Source: Faecousia sp. (GTDB lineage Bacteria; Bacillota; Clostridia; Oscillospirales; Oscillospiraceae). From it: 64,000 nucleotides of DNA. This document shows, piece by piece, positions 50,574 through 58,811 of this stretch. Under the pieces are notes generated by a model, which saw only the letters and a program-made list of their open reading frames with translations, did no database searches and was not told the DNA's origin. Numbering within the stretch: the first letter of the stretch is position 1; each line of letters begins with the position of its first letter. The DNA is taken from contig JAZKYA010000017.1 of the NCBI GenBank assembly GCA_045611945.1, forward strand, positions 264-64,263. Direction: 5' to 3'. A program made the translations under genes and the position numbers.

Positions 50574-51560
50574 ATGAAAGCGATTCTTGTAAACAACGAC
50601 AGAAGCCTGCGGTGGGACAATGTGCCTGACCCAGTTATAGGAGCGGAGGACTGCCTGGTAAAGATTGCGGCAGCGGCGCTGAACCGGGCGGATCTGATGC
50701 AGCGGGAAGGTGACTACCCTCCCCCTCCCGGCTGCCCGGAGTGGATGGGACTGGAAATTTCCGGCACCATCGTGGACATGGGAGAGGCTGTAAAGGAAAA
50801 ATCCTCCTGGAAGGTGGGCGATAAGGTCTGCGCGCTTCTGGGTGGCGGTGGCTATGCGGAGTATGCAGCCGTAAAATACGACATGCTGATGCCTGTACCC
50901 GAAAACTGCTCCATGATCGAGGCGGCGGCGATCCCCGAAGCCTTTGCTACAGCATATCTTAACCTGTTTGTTGAGGGCAATATCAAGGCCGGGGATACCC
51001 TGCTGATGAATGCCGGTGCCAGCGGTCTGGCCAGCGTGATCATTCCCATGGCCAAGGCCTTCGGTATCCGGGTTATCACCACGGTACTCAGTGATGAGAT
51101 TGGGGAAAGCATCCGGCATCTGCATGCGGACCGGGTAGTAGTTACCGCAAAGGAGGATATCTCTCTGGTTCTGAAGGAAGAGTTGGAGGCCGGACATCCT
51201 GTAGATGTGGCCATCGACTGTCTGGGCGGTGAGATTATGGGCAAGTGCATTCACTATCTAAAGCACGGCGCCCGATGGATCATGATCGCGGCCCTCGCCG
51301 GCCAGTACACCCAGATTGATCTGAAGAACATCTATGTCCGGAATGTGCGGATCATCGGCTCTACCCTGCGGTCCCGTACGCCGGAGATGAAGGCGCGGAT
51401 TCTGGCAAGCCTGGTACGGGATGTGTGGCCCAAAGTAACAACCGGTGAGGTCAAACCCACGATCTACCGGGTCCTTCCCATCCAGGAAGCAGAAAAAGCC
51501 CACGAACTGCTCTATCAAGGCAAAAATGTTGGCAAGGTTGTTCTGTCTGTTTGTGAATAA
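50574..51560 (+). CDS. NAD(P)H-quinone oxidoreductase (PIG3 type)
   Basis: LNRADLMQREGDYPPPPG, GGGYAEY, AGASG, GSTLRSR, GKVVL. Confidence 0.92.
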   Translation: MKAILVNNDRSLRWDNVPDPVIGAEDCLVKIAAAALNRADLMQREGDYPPPPGCPEWMGLEISGTIVDMGEAVKEKSSWKVGDKVCALLGGGGYAEYAAVKYDMLMPVPENCSMIEAAAIPEAFATAYLNLFVEGNIKAGDTLLMNAGASGLASVIIPMAKAFGIRVITTVLSDEIGESIRHLHADRVVVTAKEDISLVLKEELEAGHPVDVAIDCLGGEIMGKCIHYLKHGARWIMIAALAGQYTQIDLKNIYVRNVRIIGSTLRSRTPEMKARILASLVRDVWPKVTTGEVKPTIYRVLPIQEAEKAHELLYQGKNVGKVVLSVCE

Positions 51561-51629
51561 TCAAAAAAGATCGTCTCATACAGTGTTTCCGCCGGCAAGT
51601 CCAGCAGCATCTGCTGGACCTGCCCAAAG

Positions 51630-51761
51630 GCTACAGCGCTTTCCCATCTAGGTCATTACCAGGTAGGTTTCATTGATATGCCCGCACCCATACCGGCCAC
51701 AGGATACCGCAGCAGAACCCACACCAAAGTTGTTCAGCACCCGGACACGCAACTCGTTTAT
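51630..51761 (-). pseudogene. N-terminal remnant of an APH-fold / N-acetylhexosamine kinase-like phosphotransferase
   Basis: Translates as INELRVRVLNNFGVGSAAVSCGRYGCGHINETYLVMT*. ATA stands in place of the start after a GAGGAG RBS, and a TAG lies at 51650-51648. Confidence 0.6.
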
Positions 51762-52083
51762 TTTCTAAAAAACTCCTCATAAATGTACCTGGCATACAAA
51801 CCGCTCATTTCAATCGTTTTCATCTTATAGCGAATTACCAGGAAATGCAATACTACACCCCCAAGAGTGCAGAAATGTATAAATTTTATCGTCTTTTATA
51901 TAAATAAACTTAATTTGTGTACAGGAAGCACCATAAAGGTTTTTCGGAATCAGACGAGGCAGCACCTCTTTCGTAGCGTTTGCAACAGCGGAACTGTGGA
52001 AAAATGTCAAAAACAGCGCACTGACTCTGAGGGGCACAATTTTGTCTCTACCCCAACTATTGACATAGAACCTGAATTTTTTA

Positions 52084-52117
52084 GGGCTGTCTCACTTTTT
52101 GTGAGACAGCCCCTTTT
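52084..52117. terminator. terminator-like hairpin
   Basis: GGGCTGTCTCAC/GTGAGACAGCCC. Confidence 0.55.
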
Positions 52118-52183
52118 CTGCACATCAGTGCTTTGCTGGCGATCGATATAAAAAACTTCAGAATCGCAATATGACAGCAGGCA

Positions 52184-53482
52184 TCATTCGTCCTGCCAGA
52201 GAACCTTCCAATCCTTAGGCGGCTCACCAAGATCGGGAACATCCAGGGTCACACCGCCCTGAAGGGCGGACTGATGGGCCAGAAGGCCGGGAATATTGTA
52301 CCGGGCCACCTCCCAGATATTGGTTGGAGACAGCTTTCCGGTTTCCACAGCACGGCAGAAATCGTCAATCAGGAACTGGTGGGTGCCATTATGGCCGTTT
52401 TCCAGAGCCTTATATTCCTCGGGCAGGCGGTCCACCGGCTGCACAGGGGAAGTCTCCACAGAGGCGGCCTGGCCGATCACATCCGGAATGGGAACATTCA
52501 CCAGCAAGCCGCCGCTGTTGGCAATGGCCTGAATGGCCAGAGGATAGTCCATGGAGATCAGCTTTGCCACATTTGCCGGCTGCAGTTCATTGGTCACATC
52601 CTTCATGATCACCGCACCGGGATTCTCCGGATCCCAGGTGGCAAGATGGTGGTGGGCAACAGAAAACTCATAGCCACCGTCTGTACCATAGAACTGGGAA
52701 ATATAGGTCTCAGGGGCACGCCAGCCCAGGCAGCGGTTTTCACTGACACGGGCAATACCGCCGTTGGACAGTTCCAGCATCATGGCCGTGTTGGAGAAGG
52801 GATTGTTGTAGAGATTCTGACCCTCGGTGCCGTAAATATCCGTTCGGGGACTGCCCCTGTAGCCAAAGGCCACTACCTTTTTGGCATAAACGCCGGGCAT
52901 GGAACTGAGGATCATGGAAGTGGAATGGGTTGGATAGAACATGGGCGGAATGCCGGCATACTGCTTCCAATCCTCTCCGCCGGAGCTGCGGAAGCTCTGC
53001 TCCATGTTACGGATATCGTGATTGTACTGAGACTCGGCGTAGACAAATTTGCCGAAGGTACCCTTGGCAAACTCCCGGCGGCAGAAGCAGGTAGCCGCGC
53101 GGTAGTAGCCGGTTTCACCCATGGAGTAGGTCAGGCCGGTCTCCCGAACCAAACGCTCGATCTCAAAAATATCCTCAATATCCGTAGCACAGGGCACAGA
53201 ACTGTACACATGCTTTCCAGCCTTCAGAGACTGGATCGCCATAGGGCCGTGCTGGGTACGGGTGGTGAAAATACCGATGGCATTAATGTCGCTCCGGCTC
53301 AGCGCTTCCTCGTAAGAATCAATGACCTTTACGCCAAAGCGCTGGGCGTACTCCTCTGCCCGTTCCCGGCGCAGATCGCAGACATATACTTCCTCCACAA
53401 AGGGATGGGCTTTGAAGAGGGGAACAAAAAACTGGCAGAACCGGCCGCAGCCGATCAGGGCGATTTTAATTTTCTCCTTCAT
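52184..53482 (-). CDS. Gfo/Idh/MocA family oxidoreductase
   Basis: IGCGRF, GKHVYSSVP, YSMGET, PPMFYPTHS, GHNGTH. Confidence 0.88.
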   Translation of the reverse strand: MKEKIKIALIGCGRFCQFFVPLFKAHPFVEEVYVCDLRRERAEEYAQRFGVKVIDSYEEALSRSDINAIGIFTTRTQHGPMAIQSLKAGKHVYSSVPCATDIEDIFEIERLVRETGLTYSMGETGYYRAATCFCRREFAKGTFGKFVYAESQYNHDIRNMEQSFRSSGGEDWKQYAGIPPMFYPTHSTSMILSSMPGVYAKKVVAFGYRGSPRTDIYGTEGQNLYNNPFSNTAMMLELSNGGIARVSENRCLGWRAPETYISQFYGTDGGYEFSVAHHHLATWDPENPGAVIMKDVTNELQPANVAKLISMDYPLAIQAIANSGGLLVNVPIPDVIGQAASVETSPVQPVDRLPEEYKALENGHNGTHQFLIDDFCRAVETGKLSPTNIWEVARYNIPGLLAHQSALQGGVTLDVPDLGEPPKDWKVLWQDE

Positions 53483-54458
53483 GTTGCTCCTCCTTAAAAA
53501 TCCAGCTTACCGCATGTTCTCCGGTAACAAACTGCTCTGTACTCAGCTTCCAGTCCTCTTTCTCCCGGAACTTCCGGTTAAAGGACTTACCCAGCAAGCC
53601 CTTTTCCTCCAGGTGGATGTAGCAGGCCCGGTCACAGGCCCTTCCGCAGATGGAGGTACGGTAAAAATGCTTTGCCGGAGGATAGAAATAGATATTTTCC
53701 AGAATGGTTTTCGCTTCCTCGTCGGTAAATTCCGCGGTGCCGTTGATAATATCCATCCGGTTTTCAAAGTCAGAGAAAGCCTCCGGGGGCATGAAGGGGT
53801 TCTTCTCGCCATTGGCACCGTTATAGTAAACGGCACAGCGCCAGGGATTCATTTCTCCGTTTTCCTTGATAGCACGGCCGGGGCAGGCTTTGATGCACTC
53901 CCCACAGTTGTCACAGAGTGTTTCCGTTACCAAGGGCGTCGCCGGTAGCTCCGCGTCAGTGAGGATAAAGCAGAAGCGGATAAAGGGACCGTAATCCTTG
54001 TTCAGCAGAGAACCGATCATGCTCTTTTCGCCCAGACCGCACTGAACAGCGCAGTTCAGGAAATCCAACTGGTTTTCCGCGGTTACGCCCCGGTGGATAT
54101 CCGTGAAGTCCACTTCGGGGTTGGTGGAATTTTCCTCAGCCATGATCAGCTGATTTCTTCTCTGGGGAACGGCTTCAAAGCCTTCCTCCTCCAAAAGATT
54201 GCTTACATTGATCAGTGCCAGGGGCATGACCGTTTCTTCCAGATTCTCTACACCCATGGTGGTGTACTGGTAGTATGTAGTGCCTTCCTCAACGCCCCGG
54301 TAAATGCCACGCAGGACACGGAAGCCCAGACCGATAACGGTTTTTGTTTCCGGGAAGATCCGGAATACCGGATCGTTTTCTGCAAAGCGGGACGCGGGCG
54401 CAAAGCCCACGATGTCCGCGTCATAGCGCTTGGCGCATTCAATGATTTTCTCGATCAC
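53466..54458 (-). CDS. QueG/reductive dehalogenase-like cobalamin 4Fe-4S protein, paralog 3
   Basis: GTG start after AAGGAGG. DADIVGFA, AVQCGLG, YGPFIRF..ILTD, CDNCGECIKACP, WRC, CGRACDRAC. Confidence 0.8.
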   Translation of the reverse strand: MIEKIIECAKRYDADIVGFAPASRFAENDPVFRIFPETKTVIGLGFRVLRGIYRGVEEGTTYYQYTTMGVENLEETVMPLALINVSNLLEEEGFEAVPQRRNQLIMAEENSTNPEVDFTDIHRGVTAENQLDFLNCAVQCGLGEKSMIGSLLNKDYGPFIRFCFILTDAELPATPLVTETLCDNCGECIKACPGRAIKENGEMNPWRCAVYYNGANGEKNPFMPPEAFSDFENRMDIINGTAEFTDEEAKTILENIYFYPPAKHFYRTSICGRACDRACYIHLEEKGLLGKSFNRKFREKEDWKLSTEQFVTGEHAVSWIFKEEQHEGEN

Positions 54459-55357
54459 AGCTTTCCAGCCTCCTTCAAATGACGGTAGCACACGGTCTCA
54501 CAGGCCTTGCCGCAGAGGCAGGGCATATAGCCGAAGTGGGTAGCCGGCAGGAACTTCAGCCGGTCGTAAATTTCCTGAGCAGATTCCTTGTCGAACCGCT
54601 TTTCACCCCGGAGGATCTGTTCCCGCTCCGGATGATCCTTCAGCGTATTCTCATCGGCAAAGGGATTGCTTTCGTGAGCGCCCCGGTAGTAAACACTGCA
54701 CTGCCAGCTGTCTACACCATTTTCGCTGATGGCCTTGCCGGGGCAGGCATTCAGACACTTGCCGCAGCCGTCGCAAAGGTTGCCCGCAAAGGGGGTGTCG
54801 GTTTCCAGGGGCATATCGGTAATGATGTAGAAAAACCGCATGTAGGGGCCGTACTTGGGCACCAGGACCTTGCCATGCATGCCCGGCGCGCCCAGACCGC
54901 AGACCACCGCCGCCTTGTTGAAATCCAGCACCACATCGGGAACCGGCTTTCCGGGGGCTACGGCAGAGGCAAACTGCAGCTCATAGACCTGCTTGACTTC
55001 CGGATTGGTGGACTTGTCGCCCTGGATCTTAAAGCCGGGAACGGTTCGCTGCAGGCAGGCATCGTAGCCCTCATTTTCGATCAGCGCGCCCATCTTCAGC
55101 AGGAAGATCTCCGCAAAGCTTTCGTCGATATACTTCACGCCCAGATTGGTGTAGTTATAGAACTGGCTTTTCCGCTCCATGGCGTTATACAGGCCTCTGG
55201 GCACTTTTACACCGAAGCCGATAATGGTCTTTGCGTTTGGCAGGATCGCAAAGGGATTCCTCTGGGCCGGCTCATTGCGCATCAGCTCCACATCACCGAT
55301 GCCGCAGATAGAAGCGCCCAGTTCCAGGGCCTTCTGTTTGATAAATTCCGCTGTCAT
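54455..55357 (-). CDS. QueG/reductive dehalogenase-like cobalamin 4Fe-4S protein, paralog 2
   Basis: GASICGIG, AAVVCGLG, YGPYMRF..IITD, CDGCGKCLNACP, WQC, CGKACETVC. Confidence 0.8.
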   Translation of the reverse strand: MTAEFIKQKALELGASICGIGDVELMRNEPAQRNPFAILPNAKTIIGFGVKVPRGLYNAMERKSQFYNYTNLGVKYIDESFAEIFLLKMGALIENEGYDACLQRTVPGFKIQGDKSTNPEVKQVYELQFASAVAPGKPVPDVVLDFNKAAVVCGLGAPGMHGKVLVPKYGPYMRFFYIITDMPLETDTPFAGNLCDGCGKCLNACPGKAISENGVDSWQCSVYYRGAHESNPFADENTLKDHPEREQILRGEKRFDKESAQEIYDRLKFLPATHFGYMPCLCGKACETVCYRHLKEAGKL

Positions 55358-55374
55358 ATGCTTTCGTACCTCCT

Positions 55375-56454
55375 TTACCGGTCCATCTTCCAGGCCTTGC
55401 CTGTACGCAGAGGCTCCTGGAACCGGTCGGCCATGCAGCCGCCCTTCTTTTCCAGCATGCTCACGCAGCCACGGATACAGCCGCCGCATTTTGCCATGTT
55501 GTAGCCCACCCAACTGGGGAAATACTTCTCCAGCGCGGTGTAGACCTTCATGACTTCCTTCTCATTCGCCTTGTCGGTGACACCTTCCAGAAGATCCAGT
55601 GAACCGTTTTCATTCTTGTCAAAGACTTCCTTGGGGACGAAGGGATTGAAATAACGGCCGCCGTGGGTATAGAAGGCATAGCACCGCCACATATCGATGT
55701 CGCCCCATTCGCATATCTTGCCCGCCAGGTCCACACGGACAGTCTTGCCGGACTTGATGGAGGGGATGCAGCCGCCGGGGCACTCCCGGACACAGGCGCC
55801 GCACTTACGGCACAGAGGCTCGCCGCTGTACATCTCGTCATATTCCAGTTCCGCGTCTGTGAAAATGAAAGCCACACGCTGCAAGGGACCGAATTCCGGG
55901 GTCAGCAGCATTTTGCTCCAACCGATCTCGCCCAGGCCGCAGGCCACTGCAGCCAGACGGAACTGGAACTGCAGATCCGGGGGTACTTTATCGGGACTCA
56001 CTTCACGGGTATACTGAACACTTCTGTGGTGGGCAGTCTTGCCCTTGGCGTGCTTACTGATCTCGATCTGCTCCTCAGGAGAGAGGGTGTTTCCGGGCGT
56101 TCCGTCCATGTCGGAAACCACGCCACGGGCACCGGTGTTGCGGTATACCACCGCTTCATAGCCTGCGTCCTCAATGACCTTGCCCACATGGTACAAAACC
56201 GCAGGCGCATAGATCTCGTTGATGCCGCCGTAGGCCATGGAGGGGTACTGGTAGAACTGCGTACCCTCTTCAATGCCCCGCTGCACACCCCGGGGGATCC
56301 GGAACGCAAAAGCAATACAGCTCTTGGCATTGGGGAACAGGTACTGGGGATTCATCTCCGGCGGCGCTCCGTCAAACCGGGACATAGGGCCGATGCCGCA
56401 CTTGTCCGCGCCCGCCTCATAGGCGGCTTTTTTGATCATTTCACTTGTCAGCAT
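55375..56454 (-). CDS. QueG/reductive dehalogenase-like cobalamin 4Fe-4S protein, paralog 1
   Basis: GADKCGIG, AAVACGLGEIG..LLTPEFGP.QR..IFTD, CRKCGACVRECP, WRC, CGGCIRGC. Confidence 0.82.
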   Translation of the reverse strand: MLTSEMIKKAAYEAGADKCGIGPMSRFDGAPPEMNPQYLFPNAKSCIAFAFRIPRGVQRGIEEGTQFYQYPSMAYGGINEIYAPAVLYHVGKVIEDAGYEAVVYRNTGARGVVSDMDGTPGNTLSPEEQIEISKHAKGKTAHHRSVQYTREVSPDKVPPDLQFQFRLAAVACGLGEIGWSKMLLTPEFGPLQRVAFIFTDAELEYDEMYSGEPLCRKCGACVRECPGGCIPSIKSGKTVRVDLAGKICEWGDIDMWRCYAFYTHGGRYFNPFVPKEVFDKNENGSLDLLEGVTDKANEKEVMKVYTALEKYFPSWVGYNMAKCGGCIRGCVSMLEKKGGCMADRFQEPLRTGKAWKMDR

Positions 56455-57463
56455 AATCTTCCTCCAACATCATTATCTGGTCTAGTTTCACGAATGCTTC
56501 TTCAAAATTCCCGTAAATTAGTTTTTCATCCCGTATTTCCCGGGAAATGCGCCGGTTTTCCAGCAGCCAGGGATAGAACAGCGCCGTGTGGTTGGGCTCC
56601 AGCAGGTCCAGAATGCTGCCGCTGTAGCTGCCGTCCTCTATGTAGGCTTTCAACACCCGGCTGGGATTGCTGTTGACACGGGTGGCAAGCTTCATCATGG
56701 GAAACAGTTCTTCATAGAGGGCAATATCCTCGGGACGGATAAAGCTGGTTTGTTCCAGTAGGGCCAGGGCGTTTTCCGGCCTGCTTAGATACTCGGCGCA
56801 AATGCCCTGAAAGGCGTAACCGTTGTCCATGGCAGAGATCTCCGATTCGTGGGACACCAGGTTATCATGGAACACATGGGCCGAGCAATGGTTCAGACAG
56901 CCGCCGTTTGCCAGGGCGTAAAGCTTCTTCCCTGCCCCGTCACACCAGTCCTTCAACTCCCGGATCTTTCCAAAGTCCCGGTTGTACTCCCGCTGGATAT
57001 AGAAGCTGTCGAAATACTGCCCCACATAGTCCATGCCGTAAACAGTGCCGATACCCATATTCACCGAAGCCCGGACCTCCAGCTCCGGGAAGTTCTCTTT
57101 GATGAATTTACCGATCAAGGGTGATGTGGTGGTGATACTCTCCAGACCCATGTGGGTACCGATATAGTCCACCGTCTCCCCCACCTTTTGGAAAAAGGCC
57201 CGGGATTGGCTGTCCTTGCCATAGCAGGTGGCATTGAACAGCAGATTGAACCGCAGTCCCTGACCGGCAAGCCAAGTCAGGTCCTCCTCCTGCCGCCGCT
57301 GGGCCTCCCAGGGAGTCAGCCCGGTTTTCCGAAGCTGACTGTTGCGGCCATTGGGAAAGTCCCCCCAGGAGAAATATACCTCCCGGATACTTTCCCTGCA
57401 CCGGGCAATATATTCCAGAAAGTCCCGGTCATTACATAGCTGATAGCCCACGGAATATTTCAT
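56441..57463 (-). CDS. U32 peptidase-family (putative Fe-S) protein
   Basis: FNLLFNATC, FPELEVRASV, QREYNRD, LANGGCLNHC..H, FIRPEDI..Y, KLATR. Confidence 0.7.
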   Translation of the reverse strand: MKYSVGYQLCNDRDFLEYIARCRESIREVYFSWGDFPNGRNSQLRKTGLTPWEAQRRQEEDLTWLAGQGLRFNLLFNATCYGKDSQSRAFFQKVGETVDYIGTHMGLESITTTSPLIGKFIKENFPELEVRASVNMGIGTVYGMDYVGQYFDSFYIQREYNRDFGKIRELKDWCDGAGKKLYALANGGCLNHCSAHVFHDNLVSHESEISAMDNGYAFQGICAEYLSRPENALALLEQTSFIRPEDIALYEELFPMMKLATRVNSNPSRVLKAYIEDGSYSGSILDLLEPNHTALFYPWLLENRRISREIRDEKLIYGNFEEAFVKLDQIMMLEEDYADK

Positions 57464-57821
57464 AGGGTTCCTCCAAATAAAGCGTTTCGGTATTCTGCGC
57501 CGAAACATCGTTGTTTTCCGTAACAAACACAAGGGCATCCTCCGTTACCGCCAGATAATGCCAGGTCCCGGCTTCCACACAGGCTTCCTCGCCGGAAACC
57601 AATTCCGTAATTCGCCGGTTATCTCCATCCGGGTCCATGGTCAGAAGAGTCGCGGAGCCCCGCAGGAGGACGAAAACCTCCGGAGAGGTCAGGTGGCGCT
57701 TCATCACATTCACCTTGCCGTAGGTGTACTGCGCGGCATGGGTGATCCAGGCACACAAAAACCGGTCTGTACGCAGAGCCGGTCGAAAACCGTTACCTCC
57801 AGAGTTTTGTTTCTCTGTCAA
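57432..57821 (-). CDS. cupin-fold protein
   Basis: KRHLTSPEVFVLLRG, VEAGTWH. TTG start after GGAGG. Confidence 0.75.
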   Translation of the reverse strand: MTEKQNSGGNGFRPALRTDRFLCAWITHAAQYTYGKVNVMKRHLTSPEVFVLLRGSATLLTMDPDGDNRRITELVSGEEACVEAGTWHYLAVTEDALVFVTENNDVSAQNTETLYLEEPYEIFRGLSAM

Positions 57822-57925
57822 AGCAGATTCCTCCAGTTCTGTTTTCTGTCTTGATAATATAACAAATTAGCTGTATAATGTATGACAAAGTAAAGCCAAA
57901 ATATAACGAAACAAAGGTGTTCTCC

Positions 57926-58774
57926 ATGGAACTGACAAATTTGAATCCTCATATCCGTTATGCCGCCATTCACGAAAAATACCGCCACAGGCCCTTTGAC
58001 AGCATCTGCTACGACTGCCGCCTTTTTTTCTTCCGGGAAGGCACTGGAAGCGTTACGGCTGCGGGGACCCGGTATCCTTTCAGTAAGGGAACCGTGCTGT
58101 ATTTCCCCCCGGGGACCCGGTACCGTTTCTCCCTGACCAAGGATGAACCGGGGTTTTCGCTGGTGGTAATCAACTTTGACCCCGTCAGTGATTTCAGCGC
58201 CCTCAGCGTTTCTCTGGGTACCGCCACAGCGGACAATTTTGATCCTGCCCGGCTGATGGGCTATCCCCTGCCAGAGCCTCTTTCTCAAATTCTGTACCGG
58301 GAACTGCCTGAGCTGGATACACTGCTTCACCGCATCACCGATGCCTTTCTGGATGCCGGAGCCTATTACCGGGAAACCGCCTCCGCACTTATGAAACTGG
58401 CCCTGTTGGAGCTTCTGCAAAAAGGCCACCGGGACCCGGATACACAGCACGCCCAGCCGGTTCTGGAATATGTCCATGTCCATTACGCCGACCCGGAGCT
58501 AACCAACGGCGCCATTGCCGCAGCTTTCAACTACCACCCCTATTATCTGAGCCAGCTCGTCAAGCAGGCCACCGGCCGGACCCTTCACCAGTACATTCTG
58601 TCTTATCGGCTTCGGATGGCCCGTCAGCTTTTGATCACCACAGATCTTCCGGTCTCCACTGTGGCATGGAAAACAGGCTTTCAGTCCACCGCCTATTTCG
58701 TCAAGCTCTTCAAGCGGGAGCTGGGCATCACCCCCGGCACCTGCCGGAAAAACCATGCACATATTCTATTTTAA
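57926..58774 (+). CDS. AraC family regulator
   Basis: N-terminal cupin, NYHPYYLSQL, GFQSTAYFVKLFKRELGITP. Confidence 0.93.
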   Translation: MELTNLNPHIRYAAIHEKYRHRPFDSICYDCRLFFFREGTGSVTAAGTRYPFSKGTVLYFPPGTRYRFSLTKDEPGFSLVVINFDPVSDFSALSVSLGTATADNFDPARLMGYPLPEPLSQILYRELPELDTLLHRITDAFLDAGAYYRETASALMKLALLELLQKGHRDPDTQHAQPVLEYVHVHYADPELTNGAIAAAFNYHPYYLSQLVKQATGRTLHQYILSYRLRMARQLLITTDLPVSTVAWKTGFQSTAYFVKLFKRELGITPGTCRKNHAHILF

Positions 58775-58780
58775 AAATCA

Positions 58781-58805
58781 GAGGCAGCGCCAACGGCGCT
58801 GCCTC
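58781..58805. terminator. bidirectional terminator
   Basis: GAGGCAGCGCC/GGCGCTGCCTC between convergent genes. Confidence 0.7.
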
Positions 58806-58811
58806 CTTTAT

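Noticed and set aside
51780-52120. Riboswitch (cobalamin or c-di-GMP) or IS remnant
   Set aside because: No conserved riboswitch motifs recognised by eye and no transposase fragment. An Rfam scan would be needed to exclude it fully.
53466-56454. Canonical queG or respiratory rdhA
   Set aside because: Three copies with no que genes, no twin-arginine signal and no rdhB-like membrane anchor, so no gene symbol was given.
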